Part shown: positions 36,924 to 47,315 of the stretch, piece after piece
Numbering within the stretch: position 1 is the first letter of the stretch
Layout of the letters: each line of letters starts with the position of its first letter
Source of the DNA: an uncultured Solirubrobacteraceae bacterium
Lineage (GTDB): Bacteria > Actinomycetota > Thermoleophilia > Solirubrobacterales > Solirubrobacteraceae
Direction of reading: 5' to 3'
NCBI GenBank assembly: GCA_963766165.1
Contig: CAVXZC010000012.1
Coordinates: 594,607 to 658,606 of the forward strand
DNA: 64,000 nt
Program-made: the position numbers and the translations under genes
Notes under the pieces: generated by a model
The model's input: the letters and a program-made list of their open reading frames with translations, nothing else
The model's database searches: none
Told to the model about the DNA's origin: nothing

Positions 36924-38383
36924 ATCGCCATGGCGACGTACTTGAGCGACAGGTACTCGTCGATGCCCTCGGGGCCGCCCTCACGCCCGAACCCGGACTG
37001 CTTGACGCCGCCGAACGGCGCCGCCGCGTTGGACACGAGGCCCTGGTTGAGGCCGACCATGCCGGTCTGGAGCCGCTCGCAGACCCGGAACGCCCGCTTG
37101 ATGTCCGATGTGTAGACGTAGGCCACGAGGCCGAACTCGGTGTCGTTGGCAGCGGCGATCGCCGCATCCTCGTCGTCGAAGCCCACCACAGGGGCGACCG
37201 GGCCGAAGATCTCCTCTCTGAGCAGCCGCGCGTCGCCGCTGACGCCGGTCAGGACCGTCGGGTCGTAGAAGTAGCCGGCGCCGTCGCGCTTGGTGCCGCC
37301 GAGCAGGACCTCGGCGCCCTTGGACCGGGCGTCGTCCACCAGCTCGGCCACCTTGGAGCGCTGATCGTCATCGATCAGCGGGCCGACCTTGACGTCCTCC
37401 TCGGTCCCGCGCCCGACCTTCATCTCGCGCAGCTTGCCGGCCAGCTTCTCCGCGAACTCGTCGGCCACGCCGTCGGCGACGTGGAAGCGGTTGGCCGCCG
37501 TGCAGGCCTCGCCGATGTTGCGCATCTTGGCGATCACCGCGCCCTCCACCGCGGCGTCCACGTCGGCGTCGGCGAACACGAGGAACGGCGCGTTGCCGCC
37601 GAGCTCCATCGAGGTGCGCAGCAGATTGCCGGCCGACTGCTCGACCAGCAGCTTGCCCACCTCGGTCGAGCCGGTGAACGTGAGCTTGCGCAGCCGCGGG
37701 TCGGAGATGATCGGCTTGGAGACGTCCGAGGACTTCGAGGAGGTGACGACGTTGAGCACGCCATCCGGCAGCCCGGCCTCCTGGAGGATCTGGGCCAGCG
37801 CCAGCATCGACAGCGGCGTCTGCTGCGCCGGCTTGATCACCATCGTGCAGCCGGCGGCGATCGCCGGGCCGATCTTGCGCGTGCCCATCGCCGTCGGGAA
37901 GTTCCACGGCGTGATCGCGTAGCACGGCCCGACGGGCTGCTTCATCGTGATCAGCCGGCCGACGCCGTTCGGCGCGGTGCCGAAGCGGCCCTCGATGCGG
38001 ACCGCCTCCTCGGCGAACCAGCGGAAGAACTCGCCGGCGTAGGTGATCTCCGCCTTGGACTCGGCCACCGGCTTGCCCATCTCGAGCGTCATCAGCACGG
38101 CCAGCTCGTCGGCGCGCTCGGTCATCGCCGCCCAGGCCCGGCGCAGGATCTCCCCGCGCTCGCGCGGCGGGTGGGCCGCCCACTCCTCCTGGACGGCGCA
38201 GCAGGCGTCCAGCGCCGCCGTCGCGTCGCCGGGGGTGGCGTCGGCGATGCTCACGATCGACTCCCCCGTCGAGGGGTCCTCCACGTCGAGCGTCGCGCCG
38301 TTGCCCGAGTCGCGCCACTCGCCGCCGATGAACAGGCCGTGGGGGACGCGGTCGACGATGCTCTGCTCCTGGGTCGCGGTCAT
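36920..38383 (-). CDS. NAD(P)-dependent aldehyde dehydrogenase (succinate-semialdehyde dehydrogenase-like)
   Basis: 487 aa from MTATQEQS; ELGGNAP, GEACTAANR catalytic Cys motif. ATGA overlap with upstream gene. 909-aa track ORF is an extension artefact. Confidence 0.9.
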   Translation of the reverse strand: MTATQEQSIVDRVPHGLFIGGEWRDSGNGATLDVEDPSTGESIVSIADATPGDATAALDACCAVQEEWAAHPPRERGEILRRAWAAMTERADELAVLMTLEMGKPVAESKAEITYAGEFFRWFAEEAVRIEGRFGTAPNGVGRLITMKQPVGPCYAITPWNFPTAMGTRKIGPAIAAGCTMVIKPAQQTPLSMLALAQILQEAGLPDGVLNVVTSSKSSDVSKPIISDPRLRKLTFTGSTEVGKLLVEQSAGNLLRTSMELGGNAPFLVFADADVDAAVEGAVIAKMRNIGEACTAANRFHVADGVADEFAEKLAGKLREMKVGRGTEEDVKVGPLIDDDQRSKVAELVDDARSKGAEVLLGGTKRDGAGYFYDPTVLTGVSGDARLLREEIFGPVAPVVGFDDEDAAIAAANDTEFGLVAYVYTSDIKRAFRVCERLQTGMVGLNQGLVSNAAAPFGGVKQSGFGREGGPEGIDEYLSLKYVAMAM

Positions 38384-40026
38384 GCGGCCACCGTCTCCGT
38401 TCCGAGCTCCTCCGAGATGGACACGTCGAGCGAGTAGTCGATCGGGACCACGATCAGGCTCGGGAGCTCGAGCGACAGCGCGTGCCGCAGGTGCCGGCCG
38501 AGGTCCTCGACCACCTCGCAGCGCCAGGCCGGCATGCCGAAGGCATCCGCCAGCTTGACGAAGTCTGGGTTCGTGAAGTCGGTGCCGAAGTGGCGGCCGA
38601 ACTTCTTGTCCTGCTTCCACACGATCGAGCCGTACTGGGCGTTCTCCCAGATCACGTTGACGATCGGCGTGCGCAGCCGCACGGCGGTCTCCAGCTCCTG
38701 GCAGTTCATGAGGAAGCCGCCGTCGCCATTGACGGTCACCACGTTCAGGCCCGGGTTGACCAGCTTGGCGGCGATCGCCGTGGGCAGCGCGATCCCCATC
38801 CCGGCGAGGCCGTTGGCGATCAGCACGGTGTTCGGCTCGTGCGCCGGGAACATGCGGGCGATCCACAGCTTGTGCAGCCCGACGTCCGAGATCAGCATGT
38901 CGTGGCGGCCGAGCGCCTTGCGGATCTCCCACAGCGCGCGCGGGGGCTGCATCGGGAACGCGTCGTCGTCCTTGGCCGCCTCGAAGCGGCCGAGCACGAT
39001 GTCGTCCAGCCGCGAGCCGTGGACCGTCCGCGGAGCGTGGCGCAGCTCCTCGGTCAGCCGGCTGAGGATGTGGTAGAGGTCGCCGACGAGGTCGACCTCG
39101 GTGATGAAGTGCTCGTCGACCTCGGACGGGGCGCTGTCGATGCAGACGATCCGCTTGTCCTTGTGCGGGTTCCAGTTGGACGGCGCGTGCTCCACCAGGT
39201 CGTAGCCGGCGGTGATGACCACGTCGGCGTCGTCGAAGCCCGCGAGCCCGTAGTCGCGCGACTGCAGCCCGACCGTGCCGAGCGCCTGCGGGTCCTGGTA
39301 GTCGAGCGCGCCCTTGCCCATGAACGTCTCGGCCACGCCGATGCCGGTCGCCCGCGCCAGCTCGCGCAGCGCCGGGGCGGCGCCCGCCCGGGCCACGCCG
39401 TTGCCGGCCAGGATGATCGGGTTGATCGCGCCGCGGATGATCTCGACGGCCTCCAGCACCTCGCCCGCGCTGGGCTCCATCCTGCGCTGGCGGCCGTTGA
39501 CGGGCAGCGGCTCGGCGTCGATCTGGTCGCCCATCACGTCCTCGGGCAGCTCGATGTGCGTCGGGCCGGGCTTGGGCTCCTGCGCCACCTTGAACGCCTT
39601 GCGCACCACCTCGGGGATCACCGCGGCGGCGTTCAGCCGCGTGTTCCACTTCGTGATCGGGCGGAACATCGAGACGACGTCGATGTGCTGGTGGGACTCC
39701 TTGTGCATGCGCTGCAGGTCGGCCTGGCCGGTCAGCGCGACGAGCGGGCTGCGGTCCAGGAACGCGTCCGCCACCGCGGTGACGAGGTTGGTCGCGCCCG
39801 GTCCCAGCGTGCCGAGGCAGACGCCGGCCTTCTGGGTCAGGCGCCCGTACATGTCGGCCATGTAGGCACCGCCCTGCTCGTGGCGAACCGGTACGAAGGC
39901 GATCGACGAATCCTGCAGGGATTCGTTCAGGTCGAGGGTCTCCTCACCCGGTATGCCGAAGACGTACTTGACCCCTTCAGCCTCGAGGCATTCCACGAAC
40001 AGGTCGGACGCCTTGCGCGCACTCAA
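38380..40026 (-). CDS. Thiamine-pyrophosphate enzyme, acetolactate synthase large-subunit family
   Basis: 548 aa; TPP-binding GDGGF...N motif, three-domain ALS/POX-like organisation. Confidence 0.9.
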   Translation of the reverse strand: MSARKASDLFVECLEAEGVKYVFGIPGEETLDLNESLQDSSIAFVPVRHEQGGAYMADMYGRLTQKAGVCLGTLGPGATNLVTAVADAFLDRSPLVALTGQADLQRMHKESHQHIDVVSMFRPITKWNTRLNAAAVIPEVVRKAFKVAQEPKPGPTHIELPEDVMGDQIDAEPLPVNGRQRRMEPSAGEVLEAVEIIRGAINPIILAGNGVARAGAAPALRELARATGIGVAETFMGKGALDYQDPQALGTVGLQSRDYGLAGFDDADVVITAGYDLVEHAPSNWNPHKDKRIVCIDSAPSEVDEHFITEVDLVGDLYHILSRLTEELRHAPRTVHGSRLDDIVLGRFEAAKDDDAFPMQPPRALWEIRKALGRHDMLISDVGLHKLWIARMFPAHEPNTVLIANGLAGMGIALPTAIAAKLVNPGLNVVTVNGDGGFLMNCQELETAVRLRTPIVNVIWENAQYGSIVWKQDKKFGRHFGTDFTNPDFVKLADAFGMPAWRCEVVEDLGRHLRHALSLELPSLIVVPIDYSLDVSISEELGTETVAA

Positions 40027-40094
40027 CGTCGAAACTCCTCCCCAGCAGATGTGTCGGGCTAACTTAGACGGGGCGGTTCCCCGCGCTTGATCCT

Positions 40095-41491
40095 ATGACC
40101 CGGACCCTGAAAGCCCTCGCGGCAGCCCTCATCGCCGGCCTGGCGGCCGCTCCCGCGGCGTCCGCCGCCGCCAGGTCGACCTTCACCATCACCGGCGCGG
40201 GCTTCGGCCACGGCGTCGGCATGAGCCAGTACGGCGCGATCGGCTACGCCGAGCACGGCTGGAACGCCACGGCCATCCTCGAGCACTACTACACCGGCAC
40301 CACGCTCGGCACGACGGACCCGGCGCAGACGGTGCGGGTGCTGCTCGGCTCTGCGTCGGGTGGGCGGGCCCGCATCACCGGCGCGGCCCAGGCGGGCACG
40401 CGCACGCTCGACCCGGGCCTGACGTACACGGTGCGCCGCGACGGCGGTCCTCCGTCGGCCTCTACAGCGGCGCCAAGCGCGTGGCGACGTTCACGTCGCC
40501 GCTGCAGGTGGTGGGCGCCAGCGGCATCACGAGCCTGGCCGGCTACGGCAGTTACCGCGGCGTGCTCGAGTTCGCGCCGGGGACGTTCAGCGGGCTCACG
40601 GTGGTCAATGCGGTCGGCGTCGACGACTACGTGCAGGGCGTCGTGCCCGCCGAGTCGCCGGCCTCGTGGCCGCTGGAGGCGCTGAAGGCGCAGGCGATCG
40701 CCGCGCGCACGTACGCGATCACACGCGCCACGGCGGCACGTTCGACCAGTACGCCGACACGCGCTCGCAGGTCTACCGCGGCGTCTCGGTGGAGACGGCG
40801 GCGACCAACCAGGCGGTGAGCGCGACCCGCGGCCAGGTCGTCACCTACGCCGGCCAGCCGGTGACCACGTACTTCTTCTCGACCTCGGGCGGCAAGACCG
40901 AGGACGTCGAGAACGTCGTTCGGCGGATCGCCGGAGCCGTGGCTCAAGTCGGTCGACGACCCGTACGACACCGTCTCGCCGCGCCACCGCTGGCAGCCGG
41001 ACACGCTCTCGCTGGCAGCGGCGGGGCGCCGGCTGCGCGGGCTCTGTTCCGGCTCGTTCCGCGGCATCCGGGTGACCGAGCGGGGCGTGTCGCCGCGGAT
41101 CATGACCGCGCAGGTCGTGGGCTCGCGCGGCTCGACCACGGTGAGCGGCTCGGCGCTGCGGGCGCGGCTCGGGCTGTTCGACACCTGGGCGTACTTCAAG
41201 ACGATCAGCACGGCGCCGGCGAAGCCGGCCCCGACCGACCCGACCGGCGGCGCGGTCGCGCCGGGGCCGGGCGCCACGGCGGCGCGCGCCCGGTATGCGC
41301 TGAGCGGCAGCGTGCTGTTCGCCGCGCGCGGGTCGCAGGTCCGCGTGCAGGTGCGCCAGGGCGGCCATTGGACGGCCGCGGGCGCGACGCGCACGGGCGG
41401 CGGCGGGGCGTTCCGCTGGGCGACCGCGGTCGCCGGCACCTACCGCGTGGTCTCGGGCAGCGCGCCCGGGCCTGCCGTCAAGCTGGGGTAG
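40095..41491 (+). pseudogene. SpoIID/LytB-domain protein, secreted; at least 3 apparent frameshifts
   Basis: Signal peptide [24 protein letters not shown]; [26 protein letters not shown] and YFFSTSGGKTEDVENV blocks spread over four track ORFs. Confidence 0.7.
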
Positions 41492-41522
41492 CCGTCCGGG
41501 AGGCGCGCGATGATCGCCGGCC

Positions 41523-42728
41523 GTGCTCGGTCGGCGATTTGCGTGGTTGTGGGCGGCCTACGCGGTCAGCACGTTCGGCACGTGGCTGGCCTTCGACGCG
41601 TTCCCGCTGATCGCCATCCTCGTCCTGCACGCCGGTCCCGCGGCGGTTTCGGCCCTGGCCGCGGCGGGGGTGGCCGTGGGTGCGGTGGTCGCGCTCCCGC
41701 TGGGGCCGTGGGTGGAGTTCCGGCGCAAGCGGCCGGTGATGGTGGCGATGGACCTGACGCGGTTCGCCGCGCTGGCGAGCGTCCCGGCGGCGTTCGCGCT
41801 GGGTGCGCTGACGTTCTGGCAGCTCCTGGTCGTGGCGGTCGTCGTCGGCGCCGCGGACATCGCGTTCCGGGCGGCGAGCGGCGCGTTCGTCAAGTCGCTC
41901 GTGCCGCCGGAGGGCCTGCTGGTCGCGAACGCGCGCTTCGAGTCGACGCAGTGGACGGCGACGATGGTCGGGCCGCCGCTCGGGGGCGCGGCGATCGGGC
42001 TGTTCGGGCCGGTCGTGACCGTGGTCGCCGACGCGGTGAGCTACCTGCTGTCGGCGCTCGGCCTGACGGCGATCGGTGGCGGCGAGCCGCGGCCGGAGCC
42101 GGCCGCGGCGCGGCTCGGCCGGCGCGATCTCCTCGACGGCTGGCGGCACATCCTCGGCCACCCGGCGCTGCGTCCCCTGCTCTTCAACTCGATGCTGAAC
42201 AACGGGCTGATCATCGCCACGGCGCCGCTGCTGGCCGTGCTGATGCTCGGCCGGCTCGGGTTCGCCCCCTGGCAGTACGCGCTGGCCTTCGGCGTGCCGT
42301 GCGTGGGCGGCCTGGTCGGCTCCAGGCTGGCGCGCCGGCTGGTGGCGCGATTCGGGCAGCGCCGGGTGCTGCTGGCCTCAGGCGCGCTCCGGGCCTGCTG
42401 GTCGTGGGCGCTGGCGTTCGTCCCGCGGGGCGCGGCGGGGATCGCGCTGGTGATCGTCGTCCAGTTCGGGCTGGTGGCCAGCTCAGGCGTGTTCAACCCG
42501 GTGCTGGCCACGCTCCGGCTGCATCTGACGCCGCCTGACCGGGTGGCCCGCACGCTGTCGGCCTGGTCGGTCTCGACCAAGCTCAGCATCGCGGCGCTGA
42601 CCGCGCTGTGGGGCCTGCTCGCGGCCGTCGTGGGACCGCGCGCGGCGATCGGCGCGGCGGGCGCGCTGATGCTGCTGACGCCGCTGCTGCTGCCGCGCCG
42701 CGTTCAGCTGGCGGCGCCGCCGGCGTAG
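41523..42728 (+). CDS. MFS transporter
   Basis: 401 aa, about 12 TM segments, intact single frame. Confidence 0.85.
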   Translation: MLGRRFAWLWAAYAVSTFGTWLAFDAFPLIAILVLHAGPAAVSALAAAGVAVGAVVALPLGPWVEFRRKRPVMVAMDLTRFAALASVPAAFALGALTFWQLLVVAVVVGAADIAFRAASGAFVKSLVPPEGLLVANARFESTQWTATMVGPPLGGAAIGLFGPVVTVVADAVSYLLSALGLTAIGGGEPRPEPAAARLGRRDLLDGWRHILGHPALRPLLFNSMLNNGLIIATAPLLAVLMLGRLGFAPWQYALAFGVPCVGGLVGSRLARRLVARFGQRRVLLASGALRACWSWALAFVPRGAAGIALVIVVQFGLVASSGVFNPVLATLRLHLTPPDRVARTLSAWSVSTKLSIAALTALWGLLAAVVGPRAAIGAAGALMLLTPLLLPRRVQLAAPPA

Positions 42729-43171
42729 ACGCGCACCACGGTCTCGGCCACGCACACGGGCTTCTCGGCGCCCTCGCGCTCGAAGGTCACCTCGAACACG
42801 CATTGCGCGCCGCCCGGGATGTCCTGGACGTCCTTGACCTTCGGGCTCGCGCGCACCTTCGACGGGATCGGCACCGGCGCGGGGAAGCGGACCTTGTTGA
42901 GCCCGTAGTTGAGCGCGAAGGTGAAGCCCTTGAGCTCGAACACCTGGTTGTTCAGGTGCGGCCCGAGGCTGAGCGTGAGGTAGCCGTGGGCGATCGTCCC
43001 GCCGAACGGCGTCTCTTTCGCCCGCTCGACGTCGACGTGGATCCACTGGTGGTCGCCGGTCACGTCGGCGAACGTGTCGACGTCCTTCTGGGTCACCTCG
43101 TGCCACTCCGAGGTCCCCAGCGTCTCGCCCTCGGCGTCCTTGAGCTCGTCGAGTCCGGTGATGGTCCGCAT
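42704..43171 (-). CDS. MaoC-like (R)-hydratase/dehydratase
   Basis: 155 aa; hot-dog fold with HGYLTLSL motif. Confidence 0.9.
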   Translation of the reverse strand: MRTITGLDELKDAEGETLGTSEWHEVTQKDVDTFADVTGDHQWIHVDVERAKETPFGGTIAHGYLTLSLGPHLNNQVFELKGFTFALNYGLNKVRFPAPVPIPSKVRASPKVKDVQDIPGGAQCVFEVTFEREGAEKPVCVAETVVRVYAGGAAS

Positions 43172-43194
43172 GGCCGGGCACCATACTTCCCGTC

Positions 43195-44053
43195 GTGTCC
43201 GGCCCGCTCCTGTTGTGCGACACCCCGGGGCTGCTCTATCGCGGCTTCTTCTCCGTGCCCGATGCCGTGAAGGGCGCCGACGGCCGCCCGGTGAACGCCC
43301 TGCTCGGCTCGGTCAACCAGGCGCTGTGGTGCGTGGACAAGTACAAGCCGCGGGCCGTGGTCATGTGCTTCGGCCAGGAGTCCGCGGACTACCGCGTCGA
43401 GGCGTTCCCGGACTACCACGCGGCCCGGCCCGAGATGCCGGACGACCTGGCCTGGCAGTGGGAGCGCGCGCCGGCGCTGTACCGCGCGCTCGGCTGGGCG
43501 GTGCTCGGCCACGAGATCGCTGGAGGCCGACGACCTGATGGGCTCGTTCGCCGCGGTCGAGACCGAGGCGGGCGGGCGGACGCTGATCCTCACGGCCGAC
43601 CGCGACATGTTCCAGTGCGTGGCCGAGTCGGTCACGGTGCTGCAGCAGAAGGCCCGCCAGCAGGGCCCGTCCGAGGTCGACGCCGACGGGGTGCGCGAGG
43701 TCTACGGCATCGAGCCCGGGCAGGTGCCCGACTTCATCGCCCTGCGCGGCGACCCCTCGGACGGCCTGCCGGGCGCGAAGGGGATCGGCGCCAAGACCGC
43801 GGCCGACCTGCTGCGCCGCAAGGGCGACCTGGAGCACGTCATCCTCGGCGCGATCCGCGAGTCGCCCTCGGTCCGCCGCGCGCTGATCGAGCAGGCGGCC
43901 GAGCTGCGCACGTTCCGCGACATCGCCACGCTGCGGTTCGTGGCGGTCGAGCGGCCGGCGGACGCGGAGACGGACCGGGAGGGGGGCGCGGTGAAGGCCG
44001 AGGAGATGGGCATGGGCGCCCTGGCCCGGCGGCTCCGGGGCGCTTCGTCGTAG
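43195..44053 (+). pseudogene. 5'-3' exonuclease / flap endonuclease (Pol I N-terminal-like); one apparent frameshift near 43520
   Basis: N-terminus LLLCDTPGLLYRGFF...MCFGQE in frame 1. EADDLMGSFAA...LILTADRDMFQCV...DGLPGAKGIGAKTAADLL in frame 2 (track ORF 43538..44053). Confidence 0.75.
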
Positions 44054-44309
44054 CGCCTCGCTGCGCCGGCGAACGACCGGCTTGTAGGGGTGGGTGAGCC
44101 TGCCGCCGCGCATGATCGATCGCCGCTGTGCGCCAACCGATCACATCCGACCGCGCTCGCCACGTCGTCGGAATCGAGTGGCAGGTTTGAGACCCATGAC
44201 GTACCTAACTCTGCACTCGATTTCCTGGCCGCTCGGAAACGATCATCCCGCCCCGGCGCGGAACCTCCTCACCTCCCCACCCAGCCGTCGTTCGCCGGAG
44301 CATCGAGCC

Positions 44310-44666
44310 CTATCGGGGAACGGCCCGGGCGAGCAGATCGAACGCCGTGTCCCCCACCCAGTGCGCCGCGCCGACCTGGATCGGCGTCCCGTCGACCGAC
44401 TCGCGCAGCCGCTCGGCCGCCCGGTCGGCCCCCGGGCGGTCGGTGGCCGGCAGCAGCGCGAGCAGCTCGTCGGCCTCCCAGCGCACGAGCACGTCGGCGT
44501 CGCGCAGGACGCCGCCGAACGTGGGCGCGAGGTCCTCGGCGGTGCCGAGCGGGACGACGATCCGGACGAGGGCGAAGTCGCGGCCGTAGCGCACCCCCTC
44601 GGCGACCAGGCGGTCGAGCAGCAGCCGGCCGACGTCCGGCCCGGGGAGCACGAAGCGCCGGTTCAC
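44310..44666 (-). CDS. Hypothetical 118-aa protein resembling the C-terminal half of a GGDEF domain with degenerate motif (RYGRDF)
   Basis: VRYGRDFALVRIVVPLGTAEDLAPT...AERLRESV parallels RYGGEEFxxLLPxT...AERIR of diguanylate cyclases. Possibly a gene remnant. Confidence 0.4.
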   Translation of the reverse strand: MNRRFVLPGPDVGRLLLDRLVAEGVRYGRDFALVRIVVPLGTAEDLAPTFGGVLRDADVLVRWEADELLALLPATDRPGADRAAERLRESVDGTPIQVGAAHWVGDTAFDLLARAVPR

Positions 44667-44786
44667 AACGCGACACTAGCGATCGCGTCGACCGCGCGGG
44701 AGAAGTGCTCGGGCGCCGATCGGATGTGCGACTCCCGGCTCATCGAGCGGGCCGGGACGCCGATCGCCTTGAGCCAGTGCTGCACG

Positions 44787-45206
44787 TCAGCCCGGCCCGG
44801 CCACACGCTCGAGCAGGTCCAGCAGGTGCTCACGCTCGCCGGCGTCCAGCGGCGCGAGCAGGGCCGCCTGCGCGGTGGCCACGCGCGCGTCGAGCCGGTC
44901 GAGCGCCGGCATCGCCGCCGGCGTGACCGCGACCACGTTGCGGCGCCGGTCGGTGGGGTCGCGCTCGCGGCTCACCAGCCCGGCGCGCTCGAGCTCGGCC
45001 AGGACGACGTGCATGTCGCTGCGGTCGATCCACAGGCGCCGGCCGAGCTCGGCCTGGCTCGCCGGGCCGTGCTCGGCGAGCGTGGCCAGCACCGCATAGT
45101 GATGGCGACGCACGCCCTCCTCGGCCATTGCAGCGGCCACGAGGCGCTCGGCGTGAAGGGCGGCCCGGCCGAGGAGGCGGCTGGGCAGTCGGGCAAGGCG
45201 GTCCAC
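44787..45206 (-). CDS. MarR-family transcriptional regulator
   Basis: HYAVLATLAEHGPASQAELGRRLWIDRSDMHVVLAELERAGLVSRERDPTDRR (winged HTH). Confidence 0.9.
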   Translation of the reverse strand: MDRLARLPSRLLGRAALHAERLVAAAMAEEGVRRHHYAVLATLAEHGPASQAELGRRLWIDRSDMHVVLAELERAGLVSRERDPTDRRRNVVAVTPAAMPALDRLDARVATAQAALLAPLDAGEREHLLDLLERVAGPG

Positions 45207-45245
45207 GCCGAAGAAGACTAGGTCGTTGGTGACCCCACGTGATAC

Positions 45246-45261
45246 CGTTGGTGTACCAACG
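45246..45261. promoter_or_regulatory. Perfect 7-2-7 inverted repeat CGTTGGTgtACCAACG in the MarR/SnoaL-like divergent intergenic region; candidate MarR operator
   Basis: Read directly. A second CGTTGGTG half-site lies at 45223-45230. Confidence 0.5.
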
Positions 45262-45274
45262 ATAGGAGGACGAC

Positions 45275-45694
45275 GTGACCGAGATCGAGACCCTGCGGCG
45301 CGACGTGCAGGCGCTGGCCGACCGCCAGGCGGTGGCGGACCTGATCGACCGTCTGGGGCTGTGGCTCGACGAGAAGCGCTTCAGCGAGGCGCGGTCGATC
45401 CTCGCGGAGGATGTGCGCGTGCGGACGCCCGGCGGCACGGCCGCCGGCATCGAGCTCGCGGCGGCGCAGGCCGCGCGCAACCACCTCCAGCGCACGCAGC
45501 ACGTGATCAGCAACGTGCGCGTCGCCGTGGACGGCGACCGGGCGGCGGCGGGCGCGAACCTGATCGTCACGTTCGCCGGCGACGACGGCGCCACCCGCGC
45601 CCAGGGCGAGCGCTACGCCTTCGAGGCGGTGCGCGAGCCGGATGGATGGCGGCTGTCGTCGATCCAGGTGACGCCCGTGTGGGCTACGGGGTGA
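45275..45694 (+). CDS. SnoaL-like/NTF2-fold protein
   Basis: 139 aa, divergent from the MarR gene. Confidence 0.75.
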   Translation: MTEIETLRRDVQALADRQAVADLIDRLGLWLDEKRFSEARSILAEDVRVRTPGGTAAGIELAAAQAARNHLQRTQHVISNVRVAVDGDRAAAGANLIVTFAGDDGATRAQGERYAFEAVREPDGWRLSSIQVTPVWATG

Positions 45695-46765
45695 ACTTGA
45701 CGGTGATCACGTCGCCGTCGGCCATCACGTAGTCGCGGCCCTCGAGCCGCAGCACCCCGCGGTCGCGGGCGGCGGCGTAGCCGCCGGCGTCGACCAGGGC
45801 GTCCCAGCCGATCACCTCGGCGCGGACGAAGCCCTTCTGGATGTCCGAGTGGATCTGCCCCGCCGCGTGCCAGGCGCTGAGGCCGCGGCGCAGGTGCCAG
45901 GACTGCGCGGGCTTGGCCTCGCCGGCGGTGAAGAACGCGAGCAGATCGAGCAGCCCGAAGGCCCCGCGCACGACCCGGTTCAGGCCGGAGTCGGACACGC
46001 CGAGCTCCTCGCGCATCTGCACGGCCTCGTCGTCGTCGAGCTCGGACAGCTCGGCCTCCAGCCGCGAGGAGACGGCCACCGCGGCGGCGCCCTCGGCCGC
46101 CGCGTGGTCGGCCACCACGGCCGGGACGGCGTCGTCGCCTTCGTCGACGTTGGCCACGAACAGCACGGGCTTGCCGGTGAGCGGCGAGAGGTTGCGCAGC
46201 GCCTCCGGGCGCGTCGGCCGGCGCGGGCACGGAGCGGACCGGCCGCCCCGCCTGCAGCGCCTCGATGACCTGGCGCAGCCAGGCCTCCTCGGCGACGGCG
46301 GCGCGGTCGCCGGAGCGCGCGTCGCGCACCACGCGGGCGTGGCGGCGCTCGGCCGACTCGAGGTCGGCGTAGACCAGCTCGGTCTCGATCGTGTCGATGT
46401 CCGCGGCCGGGTCGACCCGCCCCTCGGGGTGGATGACGTTCGGGTCCTCGTGCACGCGCACGACGTGGAGCAGCGCGTCGGTCTCGCGGATGTTGGCCAG
46501 GAACTTGTTGCCCAGGCCCTCGCCCTGGTGCGCGCCGGCCACCAGGCCGGCGATGTCGTGGAACTCGATCGTGTCCGGGACGATGTTCGAGGCGCCGATG
46601 GTCCCGGCGACCGCGTCGAGGCGCTCGTCGTGCACGGGCACGACGGCCACATTGGGCTCGATCGTCGTGAAGGGGTAGTTCGCCGCCTCGGCGCCGCCCC
46701 GCGAGAGCGCGTTGAACAGCGACGACTTGCCCGCATTGGGCAGCCCGACGATGCCGACCTTCATC
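45684..46765 (-). pseudogene. ychF: Ribosome-binding ATPase YchF (Obg family); one apparent frameshift near 46200
   Basis: MKVGIVGLPNAGKSSLFNAL...NYPFTTIEPN in frame of track ORF 45613..47136. C-terminal TGS domain ...DYVMADGDVITVKFTP in 45684..46736. Confidence 0.8.
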
Positions 46766-47315
46766 ATCGGCCCACGCTCCCGATCAGCGTGCCGAGCGCG
46801 GCCCCCGCGGCCACGTCGGACGGGTAGTGGACGCCGAGGTACAGCCGCGAGAGCCCCATCCCCAGCGCAGCGAGCTGCAGCGGCGGCCCGGGCAGGAGCG
46901 CGCCGAACGCGCGCGCGGCGGCGAACGACGACGTCGCGTGCGAGGACGGGAAGGACAGGCCGGTGGGCGTGGACATCAGGTGCGGGAGGTCCGCGACGGC
47001 CGGGCGCCGGCGCCCGATGGCGAGCTTGATCGCGGTCGAGGTGCAGTAGGCGGCGCCGACGGTCGCGGTCGCCCGCAGCCAGGCGCGGCGGCGGCGTCCG
47101 TCGAGCGCCGCGCCGGCCAGCCCGCCGAGCACCCACACCCCGCCGTGCTCGCCCAGCGTCGAGTAGCGCCGCACCCAGCGGACGGTGCCGGGCGTCTGCG
47201 CCAGCGAGCGGACGCGCGTGTAGAGCGCCAGGTCGAGCGCGTTGGCCCGCAGGCGCCAGGCGCCGAAGGCCGGAGCCCTGGCACTAGAAGCCGACGCGGT
47301 GCTCGTCCGATTCAA
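46764..47315 (-). CDS. PAP2-family phosphatase
   Basis: SFPSSHA and YLGVHYPSDV motifs; start uncertain. Confidence 0.75.
   Translation of the reverse strand: MNRTSTASASSARAPAFGAWRLRANALDLALYTRVRSLAQTPGTVRWVRRYSTLGEHGGVWVLGGLAGAALDGRRRRAWLRATATVGAAYCTSTAIKLAIGRRRPAVADLPHLMSTPTGLSFPSSHATSSFAAARAFGALLPGPPLQLAALGMGLSRLYLGVHYPSDVAAGAALGTLIGSVGR

Noticed and set aside
36920-39649. 909-aa ORF suggesting an ALDH fused to another domain
   Set aside because: Only the C-terminal 487 aa is ALDH; the upstream part is an alternative frame of the TPP-enzyme gene, whose stop overlaps the ALDH ATG
44163-44225. 10-bp inverted repeat GAATCGAGTG...CACTCGATTT with 33-nt loop in a slightly lower-GC convergent intergenic region; considered as ncRNA or terminator
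   Set aside because: Loop too long for an intrinsic terminator, no U-tract, no other supporting signal; kept only as a weak note
44094-45221. 375-aa plus-strand ORF
   Set aside because: Antisense to the GGDEF-like ORF and the MarR gene; no protein-like pattern
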